Positions 27,922-39,940 are shown, counted from the stretch's first letter. The stretch: 64,000 nt of DNA from Antedon mediterranea (GCF_964355755.1 NC_092677.1:25965175-26029174); one strand, 5' to 3'. A program made the numbers and translations. The notes: generated by a model not told the origin, from the sequence alone.

Positions 27922-30900
27922 TTATGATTTTTGATGGCCAGTTAGACTTATGATGACGCTTTGGGGTACGTAAGGAGAATCTTCTGCATCATAATCTGGG
28001 TATAATTCAAATCTGTAAAAAAAAGTTATTTGTAATTTATAATTATAAATTATTTCCTTCATGTACACACGTACATTATTACATAATGTTTATTGCTTTG
28101 TACCTAACCTCACACCTTATGTCACATGTCTATAGTCCAAAAGTGTGTACCGTATTCAGTACACTTTAACGGAGGCAATGTAGACATAGTTTGTTAGTTG
28201 GTGTTAAGCTCTGTCTACACTATCAAACTTTATGTGACAACAAAAATGTGATGTGCCCATAATGGACATGATGATGTCATATCACTACCATATTTAGGCA
28301 TACCAATACCATATTTGGGCACATCACACTTTTTGTCATAGACTTGCCCCAAGTCTGTATTTATTGTCTTTTTTTTATTTGTTTTTATTTCGACCGCGAT
28401 TTTTGTCTGAAAATACATCCAAACTCAAGTAATACACGTATGAAACGCCATATGTGCAAAAATATTTATATTTTTACTAATATTAAGACAAAACTCCGTC
28501 TGGAGCCCAGACTATTTTTGTCAATGAAAGGAATGTTATAATAAGCCGCACCTGCATGCAACATGTTACAAAATACTTACCTAAAACTACTATTCTTTTG
28601 TTTACGGAGACAGACTTCACGTTGTATGGCTTCTAGGCCTTCTTTGGCAATCCACAGGTAAGTTAATCGTAACACAATTAGGCTAGGAAGAAACTTTAAT
28701 GTTGATGCCAATATATCCGCAGTTGTCTTTGTAACCTCGTGTTTCTTTGCCTCTTCAGCAGCCAAACCGAGCCTGCCTTGTAAACGCAATGATCGTAAGT
28801 TACTTAGATTCGGCAGTAGATTCGTAGCTATTGCATTAAACACACTGTCAATTATCGGCGAAAACAATCCGTCTATGAAAAGAAGTTGAAGATTTTCGAA
28901 CCGGTTAAGACATTGTATGCATTTTGTAACTTTCTCATAAGGCAGATGAAAATCGAATGTAATGTTTAACCGTCCAAGATTAGAAATACTTTGCAAGCCA
29001 TCGACAAAATCGTCAACGGCATCTTGTAGTAGTAGATTTGTACGTACGTAGAGTCTCTCATTTCAGATTCTTGCCAAGAAGAGACATGCTATTTGATGTC
29101 AGATGTGTTGTTTCAAGATCTAGTCTAGTTAAATTTGGAACGCAGTGAAGTTGTTCAACGATCTCTCCAATTTCCTGCAGTTTATTCTTAGGAAGATTCA
29201 ATGTGCGAAGTTCATGTAACGACCCTAACATTTTTCCTATAAAGGAACAATGTTGGACTTCCAATGACGTACATCCCAGATCTACTTTCCTCAGTGACGT
29301 CATAGTTGTTAAATTTTTGCAAAGTAACTCGCAGTTATTTGAGAGATTGACGCCATTGATGGTGAAATTTGTTATTCTAGTGAAAGGTATGTTTTGTATT
29401 ACTTTTTCCATAAAGATATAGTCACCTTTCCAAGTTTCCATAAACTTGCAAAGTTTTGAAAAAGCAAGTGTACGAGCCAATGATAGATGTGGGATACCTT
29501 GTGGTAACATGTTCTTAACCTGTTCAAAGATTGCTTGAAGCTTTTCCTCAGGTTCATTGGAGAGCAATTGACATCTTTTGTAGTACTGTTTACCAACTGC
29601 TTCAAATTCTCCCCACAAAATATCAATATCACTATTCGTGTCCGCACTATAACAGCCAATCTTAAAATCTAAGATACGCAATTGATGAGGACAGAAATCA
29701 CTTGATGGTTTCCCGCAGTGTGGACAGCCGTTTAATGCTCCTCCAAACTTTAACATATAAGCCAAAGCATGTAAAGTCATTGATGTAGCATTCGTAAAGT
29801 GGGCATTACACTTCTCAAACACATCGTTTAATAAGTGATTAAAACGTCCTTTTGATTTACTTTCCATGTTACATTTTACAAGCAGTTCAAGGAACTCTTG
29901 GAACTCTTTTGTTTTTGGTAAATCTAATTTATTGTCATTAAAATCGCTTAAATCCTGTGTATTTTGCACAATGCGCAAGAGACATTTGGTAGGAACTTCT
30001 GAAACCACGGGAACTTTGGACCCACTTAAAAACCGTAGAGGTAGTTCGAAATCAAGGCAGGTTTGAATGTCAGGAATCGTCTGCTCACAGATTTGGTTCA
30101 GTGAATTAATTTCTTTACTTGCTAGATATCTTGCTGCAAACCATTCTTGGAAAGTTTTGTGAAAAAACTCATAATAGTTTTTTATTAATGGCAAACTACT
30201 CAATCCCGCCGGAAATGAAGTTTGATCTTCAGATTCAGTGGTGAGATTTATCTGTAAAAGTAATCCCATCTTACAAGCATTCCTTAAGACATTGGCGTCG
30301 ATATATTCTCCTTCTTCAAAGCACATTTGCTTGTTCCGCAAACCATAGAAAGCCAGTTTGGCGAGTTTGTCCACTGTCTCCACCTTGTCTCTTTCAGAAA
30401 CTTGCTCAAGGTTGTCTTTTCTATTGCATTGCATGAGATATTCATATAATAGTTCATACAAGTCACTTATCGTATCTGGCAACACTGCTTTGTGGTCACG
30501 ATACAAGATACATATCAACATACACATAACGGGTATAGTAGCAATTCCAGTTGATATACCTGTCATATTCATTTGATTCAACAACGTATTTGCCATTTCA
30601 ACCTTACTCCCAAAAAATTGTTCAACATATTCCTTAACTTGCACCTGAGTGTAGCCTTTTACTTCATAATTCTGGCCAATGTAAACATCTGGTGACTTAT
30701 CGATAATTTGAAAAGCCCTCCATGGTCGAGTGGTTGCGATGACGCAGGCCTCACTTAGATACTCATTGCGTATTATGTTCTCAATCTCGCCAGGCTCATC
30801 AGTCCCATATTCACCACCATATTCATCGACGGCATCAACCAATATAATGACCTTATCTGAATTATTATCAATATAATTACTGAGCTTAGTCTTGAACATT

Positions 30901-33900
30901 CTCTCTATTTCGATTCCTAATAATCTTTGCTTGAAAATGGCGTTGATCAACGTATCGCCCTTCACAACACTTTTCATTCTTATTAAGAATAATAGTGGAA
31001 TCTCGTTATGAGTATGTGGAAGTTTTTCCTCTGCCCAATCTAAGGCTAGCTTTTCAAGTAAAGTGGTTTTTCCTGCTCCTGCCTTTCCACGAATAAGAGC
31101 GCGATATGGTGATGACGATGGCAATACTTCTTTATAATGTTGGACCTGTACTGAAACTTCGATCGCGTTTGGAACTTCACAAATAAGATACAAACTAATA
31201 AACAAATTCTTCATTTCAAGTCTGTTTCGCGGATCTCTTGTCATCCAAGGAAGAAGTCTAATTTTGCAGTTTGATTTGTAATATTGACGTAACTGATTCC
31301 TACACCTAATGAGTTCTTGTTCAGTTAATAATTGAGGTTCTGAAATATAATATGTATAGACACAAAACATATTAATTTAATATATAATTTATTGCTTAAA
31401 GGAATCATGAATCGTCCTAAATATTGATTTAAGATAATTTAATTTATTATATTAAAGGTGTAAGAGCAGGAAACACATCCTTCCCTTCTAAACAATTTCA
31501 ATATTTTGAAGCGCCAAATGGTTTCTTTTAATTTAATAAGAGTGTACCCGACCCGAGGTACCCGATTTTAGCTCGGGTTATTATTTTGTTTTCGCGATCT
31601 ACACAAATTATTTTGTTTTCGCGATTTACAAAAAAAATAATCCCTTCCTCTTTCCAATTAAAAAAGTTATACGGTAGAGATAAGCTATGCCATAGATGTA
31701 CTTTTTACAAATTGAATGAAACTTTGTTAGATTGTTTAATCAGTAAGAATATGTCCCATTTCATTGAATTTATCGTTAAACTATAATAGCATCCATCCAT
31801 GGATGCTTCAGTAGGCCTTTAGATGTTAAACCGCAAATGTAACGAAATGGAACAATTAAGCTCACAAATGGTAGTAGACTTACGTAATAAAATAAACTTA
31901 CCATCTGGTTGGATTACTGTGGTCGTATTAAAATGTTGTACATGTCCCCCTTCACCAACGTGGATTTTAATAGGAGTGTTGGAACTTGGATCTGAAAATA
32001 AAATAAAACAGGAGTAAGATGCGGGAAAGGCCTTTCGAATTCCACTTGATCGACTTACTGTCAAATAATTACTGTTTTTAGCGTGCGTGAAAATGCAAAC
32101 GCGACTGTATAGCTCACTATGTCGGTCGGTCGGTTGATCGGTCGGTCGGTTGGTAAACACTAACTCAAATTTGAGCACGCGATTGCAGCCATGTATACTG
32201 GCCTTGTTTTCTTATTGTTAACTTGGTCCTCCTACTACATTTAACGCAAACATAAAAACACGAACAGTTGAGCAAAAGTTATACTGATACATAATTAATT
32301 AATTAAAATGATTTTTATAATATCATTGTGTAATTTTTGAAGGGTTAAATATTTTATTAAGAATCATACAATTGGATGTGTTTATTGTGTACAATTCTAC
32401 GTACCTGTAGACCTACTTCTGATATTCACGTTAATATTATCGACGGTACTATTAAACACACACACAGAGTTATTCATTTTTAATATTCGGGGAGCTTCTG
32501 AAAAAAAAGGAAATGTGAATGGTAACATTATACACTAAATTATACACATGCAGAGTTGTTGTTTCTTTGCCTCTCTTTGGGAATGGGGTAACATGAGCAC
32601 GTAAATTATCCCCTCGCTAACAAGAAGGTAGATGGAGGAAGGGTGGGAGGGTTGGGATATCTGTACTATACTGTAGCGCGACTCTTGTTTTAGGCCGGAA
32701 TAGGAATATGACAACGATTTGTGTATATTGTTCGCTTTTCTGAGATTCTTAGGCCTATTTTGTTGGAAGATATAAGTAAAAAAGAACAACATTTTTTATC
32801 GAGTACCACATAACTCTCTTGTTCCTTTACAACTAGAACCAGATACGTCTGAGTACGGTCTTTCAATATCAGACTCTTCCCCCGGACCAGAGCCAAATGT
32901 CACTGCCTGTTCACCACTTTCAATTCGGTCACCATTTCTAGTCTGTCTGTCCAAATTGTCTTCAATATCATCTATATTGTGTTCCTGAAGTAAAACATGC
33001 AAGTAACAAGTAAGAGAATTGTTTTCTACAAGTTAAAACCACTATCTCAAATAGGCCTACTTATTCCTAATATGAAATTTAGTTCACTTAGGTTGACCCT
33101 GGTCTACTATTGAAAAAGACCAAATAAATAATTAAATGAAACAAGTGATTTTTGTTTTCTATTATTCTGGTATAGGCCTAGACCTAAAAAGATGTTGTTT
33201 TACTAAACAGGCATTTAAAAAATGGTACAATCAAAAAGGTTTTAGTGTGCGTATAGGCCTACAAGAAAAACAATTGTTGCATTTTAACAACCAGGAAAAA
33301 GAAGAAAACAAACTTTCGACATAAAGGTGATATGTTGCTTACACAAGAAATAAGATGTAAAATAGGCCTAATTATTTTATACTTTATAATTATATGTTTT
33401 GAGCAAACACATTTCCATTCGAACATTTTGTCCTTAATTACATGAAGGCCAAGTGTCCTCGAGAACTTGACCAATATCAGTTCGCCTATAGACCAAACCG
33501 GTCTACCGAAGATGCTGTATCGATCACTTTGCATAGGATCTTAGAGCATTTCGAACGTGATAAAAGATATGCTAGGATTTTATATATAGATTTTAGTTCA
33601 GCATTTAATACGATTGTACCGTATAAGTTACACACTAAGATGGTTGAAATCGGTTTCGATATTTCTATATGTAACTGGGTGTTAAACTTTTTAACTGATT
33701 GACCCAAACGTACTAAAGTGGGCACCATTATATCGGCTAGCGTATTATAAATAAAGGTGTACCACAGGGCTGTGTTCTGTCGCCCTTTCTTTTTACTTTA
33801 TTTACCTATGACTGTGTTACCTACTACAGTAACTGTCATCGCTAAATTCGCGGATGAAACTACCATTGAAGGTCTAATCAATGATGACAGTGATGAGTCT

Positions 33901-34945
33901 AATTATCGCAACCAAGTTAAACGAGTTGTAGACTGGTGTAACGAAAACAATCTGTTCTTGAATGTATCTAAGACCAAAGAAATGGTTGTAGACTTAAGTA
34001 AATCACTTAATGTCAAATATCCAATATTTATTAATGGTATATCAGTTGAGTTTGTAGAAGAATTTAAATTCTTCGGTATTTATATTTCAAATGATCTGAA
34101 GTGGCATATTAACAAACGTATTAGAAAGGCCCAAAGAAGAATCTACTTCCTACGTAGACTTAGATCATTTGGTATAAACTCTGAAATAATGTCGTCCTTC
34201 TATAGGTCAGTTATAGAGAGTGTCATAACGTATTCTTTAACGGTATGGTTCGGTAGCACTACCGAAAATGAAAAGCGTGACCTAAATAGAATAGTCAAGA
34301 CCGCATCGCGTATAATTGGATCTGCACAATTGAACATATTTTCAGATCGTCTTCTGAAAAAGGCAGTGGCTATCAAAGATGATCAATTTCATCCGGCCGA
34401 TAGTATGTTCCAGTTGATGCGCAGCGGTCGGCGATTTCGTTCTATTAAGGCCAATAAGGCACGATTTACAAATAGTTTCTTTCCAGGATCTATTAGAGCC
34501 TTAAACATAATGTAGATACTTTTTTGTAATGTTTTTGAGTTCGTGTTGTGTCCGTTGGATATTGTGCTCCGCCAACAGAGCAAACAGAATTTCTATGTTT
34601 TTTCTTAAAACAAATGATAGTAAATGATACTTGACTTGACTTCTATAAAGATGCATAATATAGCAATTATCTAATGTTCCATTGTTATTAAGCCTATTAT
34701 ATAAGAATCAATATATAGGCCTATTTATGTTAAGATATTAACTCGGTATCATTATGCTAGCGACTGAAACACCAGACACACCTTGTCGCCGTTGTACCGT
34801 TTAGTGATCTTGCAGACATTCAATTGAAACATTTCCGTATACGCGGGCCTCTATACCAACTCAATACTATCACATTAATGCATGTGTTATTTTAACTAAA
34901 CTAACATTAATTGTAATAATAATAAGTACAAAATAAACATACCAT
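27922..34945 (-). CDS. NACHT-LRR (NLR-like) immune receptor with a frameshift in the LRR region (truncated at ~881 aa, or pseudogene/defective allele)
   Basis: complement join(34945..34943 ATG only, 32984..32807, 32497..32405, 31991..31902, 31339..28581, 28012..27922); phases are consistent. Walker A GKAGAGKT (31088-31065), Walker B VIILVDAVDE, FFHKTFQEWFAARYL motif, ribonuclease-inhibitor-type LRRs. Stop at 29060-29058; the LRRs continue in the +1 frame down to the donor at 28581. Confidence 0.85.
28581..29057 (-). pseudogene. Out-of-frame C-terminal LRR segment of the NLR gene
   Basis: Reads ERLYVRTNLLLQDAVDDFVDGLQSISNLGRLNI...LPNLSNLRSLRL...LPSLIVLRL in a frame shifted by 1 nt from the NACHT ORF. 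It ends at a GTAAGT donor (28580-28575). Confidence 0.75.
32075..32210 (+). mobile_element. Helentron-associated (HINE/DINE-like) short element in an NLR intron
   Basis: TTTTTAGCGTGCGTG...ACGCGAC subterminal inverted repeat, (GTCG)n microsatellite, 3' end ACGCGA...GTATACTGGCCTTGTT in a T-rich site. Confidence 0.6.
33418..34642 (+). mobile_element. 5'-truncated, decayed Rex1/Babar-type (CR1-group) LINE reverse-transcriptase fragment, antisense within NLR intron 1
   Basis: LDQYQFAYRPNRSTEDA...ILYIDFSSAFNTI, KFADETT (catalytic DD altered), WCNENNLFLNVSKTKEMVVD, FYRSVIESVITY...WFG. In-frame stop at 33700-33702 plus frameshifts; 3' tail of short CTTGA repeats at 34629-34642. Confidence 0.9.
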
Positions 34946-35219
34946 AATCTCTTCACTGGGTTATTAACAATCAACCGTTCAACAACAATGAAGGTTCACC
35001 GAGCAAATCCTGAACATGAATTGGTATTATATTCATTGTGGTGTTATTACACCACGGTATTATACATACATGAATACCAGCTTTGTCTAGGTATGACGCG
35101 GCCGCATCCTAAGAATCGATCTGTTATTTATGTAGCGGGCCTTATAACCCCTATGAACTGAAGAAGCCCAATTTTTGTTTGCTGTTTTAAAAATCAAACA
35201 CTTATCATTTTCAAACCGT

Positions 35220-35580
35220 TTAAATGATACTATTTTATAAATGATTGACATGGATGGTTGTTCAATTGTAATTGCAATTGACAGACCTTTTTTGAAAAAA
35301 AAATAATTATATAGGGCACTATAATAATTCATAAATCCATAGAGGGCGCTATGATATAGTTTAAATCAGAATGGCTCTGGTTTAAATGATAATAATTTAT
35401 AAATGATTGACGTCGATGGTTATTCAATTGTGTTTACCAGTGACATACCTCCCAACTGAAAAAAAAAACCGATAGAGGGCACTATAATAATTCATTAATA
35501 CATAGAGGGCGCTATGAAAAACATAATTTAAAAAAACGTAATTTTGTGTAACCGAAATATAATAATAGAGGGCGGTACGA
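35220..35580. promoter_or_regulatory. Duplicated ~160-bp unit with repeated TAGAGGGCRC (CTCF-core-like) motifs upstream of NLR exon 1
   Basis: TAGAGGGCG/AC at 35340, 35473, 35503 and 35566; units start near 35221 and 35383. Confidence 0.4.
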
Positions 35581-36562
35581 AGAAAGTTGTAAAATAGTAA
35601 TACTGTATTTAAAACTGTTGTTGAAAACCAATTGGTTTTATTTTAAAGTTGTCCGATTACACAAACAAACATAATGAAATATATTATAAGCACATTACTT
35701 ATTGACAATTCATGTTACAAATTAAAATATAATATACACTCTATAAAAAAGGATAAAATCAATGATCAGACATTTAATGAATTAATTATTATTATAAATT
35801 AAATAAATAATAAATTATTTCATTTTCCATTGTCATTAAAATTTAATTTCAAACTTAAGCGTGTATACTATATATGGCATAAGATTTATGACAAAAATTT
35901 GTTGAAAAGTTATTACTTAATAACTTTATTAAAAATTAAAGTTATAGTTTGTTATATGCTTTTTTTTCACTTTAGTTATTATTTTATATTTTTTATCTTT
36001 AAATAATTGTTATATTATTTATGTAAATGTTTGAAATAAAAATAAAGTAAGTAAAAACAGTTTTCTTTGTAAAACAAATTATTATTTTAAAACTTTTACT
36101 CCAAAGGGCCAAATAGATAGGGGGAGGCCGCTTAATTAGCCACTAGCCTTGACGGCTATGTTGCTACAGCATCTGGCTTCTCCGGGAGACTTGTCTACTG
36201 TCATTACAAGTTTTAATGGTTTTCTCATCTGAATTTTTAACTTTTTACAATCAGAATATTTTATAAATAGAATATTTTGCTATGTATTTTTCTAAATTTA
36301 TGTTATAATCTCAGTTTTATTGTATTGTCCTAATTGACAGGGGCTGGTCAAGCACATCACAAGATGACAGTTTTATTACTTTTGCTTTTCAGCTACTCCC
36401 CTGTTATAATTATGTTTTTTTTGTTATGGCAATACAAAATTCGACAAAATTAGCAATGTCCCATACGGCGCCCCGTAGTAAACACGTAGAAAGATTGAAA
36501 ATAAAAAAATAAAAAAATAAAAAATAAAATAAATACAGTCTTTAAAGTTTAGTATTATTTGA

Positions 36563-38290
36563 TTATGTCTTCTTTGATAGCACAAGAAGTAGTTGTCTTG
36601 TCAGCTCCATTTGCTGACCCATCATAGTCAGCATTGAATTCTGTTGCTGAATGATCTGCTGAATGATCTGCTGCTGAGCTTCTTGCGCAATCTCCTGCTC
36701 ACGTTTCTTTAACTCTAATTCTTCTTGTTTTATCCTAGCGTCGCTCTCTATCTTCAGTCGTAAATACTCTATGGATGACGTATCCTCCTGGTTTTGGCGT
36801 TTACTACTTCCCTGCTCGCTGTCATCCTCGATTGGCCTGCAAAAATGAATAATTAACATAAACAATCTATCAAATTAAAATGTTTAGGGAACATAAATAG
36901 GACTATAGGTATTTGATAGCAACACAATTCGAATATTCATAAAAATAAAAACCTTTTGATATAAAAGGCGTGCCATACCTACTTAAACAAAAATCACACT
37001 GTTTCTCATTAGGAATAAGAAGAAAAAGATATTTTTGGCATACATGGCGTGTCATACCTACACTTAAGATGGAATATAACAAAAATGCACACTGTTTTCC
37101 ATAAGGCATAAAAAGAAAAAAAAAAGATTTAAAATAGGGGAAAATTCTACCTCTTGCGCGGTTCATTGATTATGGCCATCCTTTTTCTCAATGCCATTTC
37201 ATCCATAATTATTTTCGCCTCCGCAAATTGATCCGACTTTTTTTCTTCTGAATCGGTGGTATCCTGTTTGATAAGATCTCGTAATAATGTGTCAAGTTCG
37301 GTAAGTTCGGGCATTATACCATCACAAATCTCCTTTTCTATTCTATCCTTTGTACGGTTTTTCAAACAGTGCCAGCGGTCGCGTACTGATCTGGCATCAA
37401 GTTTGAAAAACAAGTCAGTTTTTTCTTTTAAATTGGCAGCCACTCTTTTCCAGGCGGAGCCACGACATTGAGTTCTTTCCTTGTAACGGAATGGGAAAAC
37501 GACCAGAATTTCTTTACAAAGAACCAAATCCTTGGTATCGTCCCACCTCATTAAGACTCTAAAAAAAGGTACATATTGATTAATTAATAAAGAAATTGTA
37601 GTTATACCCCTTTCCATCAATAGAACAGTCTATCTATCAGACCAGGATGTGTTTGTTGATACTGTATCCCATTCCATCAATGGAACAGTCCAACACTCAA
37701 ACGAGTGTGTTTTCCAAAATAGGTCACATTTTTTTATTATTTTTGTTCTATTTTATTAATTATGCTATATATCATATTTATAATATTTTTACAAAAAAAA
37801 TAAATTCGGGACTACGGCAGTCCTCGTCTTACAATCAGTGTGTTTTCCAAAATAGGTCACATTTTTTTATTATTTTTGTTCTATTTTATTAATTATGCTA
37901 TATATCATATTTATAATATTTTTACAAAAAAAAATAAATTCGGGACTACGGCAGTCCTCGTCTTACCCAGTATAAATATAAATTTCAATTCAATTCAATT
38001 CAATGCCTACTACTGTACATTACACACAGGTCATACGACGAGTTGAAGAGGAGGCCTTCACACTATCTGACCTAGCTACAAGAACGACCGTAGTACCCGA
38101 TTAGACCACTGAGACTGCGCATCTAAAAACTATCGTTCAATCATTTTTAATGCCTAAATTACGATTAAATTATAGTGTCAGAATTATTAAAATACATTAT
38201 TTAACAAAAAAATAGATTACATATGCATTCATACCTACTTTGAGTAGACATTTTCCAGGTTTCAAAGTTAAATTTTGTTTCCAGCTCCAT
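36563..38290 (-). CDS. Myb/SANT-like DNA-binding protein with C-terminal coiled-coil/Q-rich region (PIF/Harbinger accessory-protein type), 3 exons, ~245 aa
   Basis: complement join(38290..38235,37558..37151,36836..36563); both introns are phase 2 GT-AG and the 738 nt are in frame. MRWDDTKDLVLCKEIL...RGSAWKRVAANL...DARSVRDRWHCLK has the Trp spacing of Myb/SANT-like (trihelix/MADF) domains. Confidence 0.75.
37704..37966. repeat. Recent ~130-bp tandem duplication in intron 1 of the Myb/SANT gene
   Basis: 37704-37831 and 37837-37966 are nearly identical. Confidence 0.9.
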
Positions 38291-39163
38291 GAACGACAGA
38301 CGACGTTGAACAAACGGAAGCCCGTCCTAGACTTGGCGTCCAGGCGTCGACGACGTCAAACAGTAAATTCGCGCGCGAAGAATTAGAGATGACTACACGT
38401 CACTTGGATTGGGAGTGGAAGTTGTAGCATGACTACCGTACCTACCACTGCACTTATACTGACATTATCCAACTTTTTTCCTTGAGACGACTCCTCGGGT
38501 TGTTTGGTAGGGCTTCTAGACCGGTTCTCAATCAATATGCGACAGTGTTTGTCATCTCAGTCACGGGACGACGGACCTACATTTTAATGAATAACTTATT
38601 TTAAAAAAATAAAAGACAGAAATATCATTAATGTATTGTCCTTCATTATGAAAACGAAGATTAATAAAATCAGACTTTAAATAGGCATAGGGTCATTTTG
38701 TATTTTTAACAAAGTTAATCAATTCCATGAAAACGGACAAACCAATATTTTCACTTATAAAATGACCAAATAAACGTTTAATTTGTTACTATATTTACAG
38801 TTTTTTAGGTAAATAATTTGTCTTCAATTCAATTTTGGTCAAAGTGAATAATTATGTGATATTAAAATGGCATAAAAAATGAAGAAATTGTCAGGAGGAA
38901 CACGTTTTCAACTCGTTTAGTATACGACGTGATGAAGAGGTCCGGAGACAAGCTTGATAATAGAGTTATTGTGCATAGCGCCCCCTTTTGATGGCGTCAC
39001 CAATGTTTGCGCCCTTTATAACACACATGCGCATTGTGATCGTTCTTTGCGTCGTTTGTGCCGATCGAAGAAGGTGTTAGCAAAATTTCTCTCCGAATAA
39101 TCTGCACATTTTACAGTTAAATATTCAAACGTATAGGCACCGTTTAGCCTAAGCTGCATCAAC
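38291..39163. promoter_or_regulatory. Divergent promoter region between the Myb/SANT gene and SRSF2
   Basis: Head-to-head ATGs ~870 bp apart with CpG-rich patches at both ends. NRF1-like CATGCGCA (~39026), YY1-like GATGGCG (~38990) and AGCGCCCCCT (~38977). Confidence 0.5.
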
Positions 39164-39940
39164 ATGTCTTACGGTAGCCGAGGACCCCCTGATACCGAGG
39201 GAATGACTTCACTGAAAGTAGATAATTTGACTTATCGAACGACGGTGGAAGAATTAAAACGAGCGTTCGATAAATATGGCGAGGTGGGAGACGTGTATAT
39301 CCCACGTGATAGGTACAGAGGCAACAGCCGTGGATTTGCCTTTGTTCGTTTTTATGATAAACTTGATGCCGATGATGCCTTGGATGGAATGGACGGAGCA
39401 GTCTTAGATGGACGTGAATTGCGTGTACAAATGGCTAGATATGGCCGACCAAGTGGTGGACGACGTGGTGGTGGCGGCGGGGGTGGAGGAAGACGATATG
39501 GCGGCGGTGGAGGTTATGGCGGAGGTGGTGGAAGCCGGTATGGAGGCGGCGGCGGCAGCCGATACGATGGCGGTGGAGGGAGAAGAAGGTAATATAGGCC
39601 TAGGCCTACAATTTTAATTTTCAATTAATTTAGATATTTAATTTCAATAATAATTGTTTTCTATGCAGGTCCAGGAATTTGATTAACTTTCACCATATTG
39701 CAGAAACTAAGCCCCTAAATATTTGGAATGTGTTTTATATTCAATGCATAAACATTTTTCTTTAGATCAAGATCACCACGCAGGCGAAGACGATCATGGA
39801 GCAGAGGGTCTCGATCCCCAAGCAGGAGCCGCAGTCCAACTCCTCGTCGCAGAGACAGTCCAAAGCAGCAATCGAGAAGTCCGTCAAGATCACATTCTCG
39901 TTCGTCAAGGAAATCTCCATCTCGTTCACCTGCGCACTAA
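39164..39940 (+). CDS. SRSF2: Serine/arginine-rich splicing factor 2 (SC35), ~199 aa
   Basis: join(39164..39588,39766..39940). [17 protein letters not shown]...[14 protein letters not shown]...SRGFAFVRF...[16 protein letters not shown] is the SRSF2 signature, followed by a Gly-rich linker and an RS/SP domain in exon 2. Confidence 0.95.

Noticed and set aside
29055-29063. Programmed +1 frameshift at AAA-TGA (euplotid/antizyme-like)
   Set aside because: A simple +1 shift would still leave the LRR about five residues short, so a deletion fits better. No stimulatory structure was evident.
33418-34642. LINE RT as a domesticated or NLR-fused domain
   Set aside because: It is on the opposite strand and has stops, frameshifts and an altered catalytic motif.
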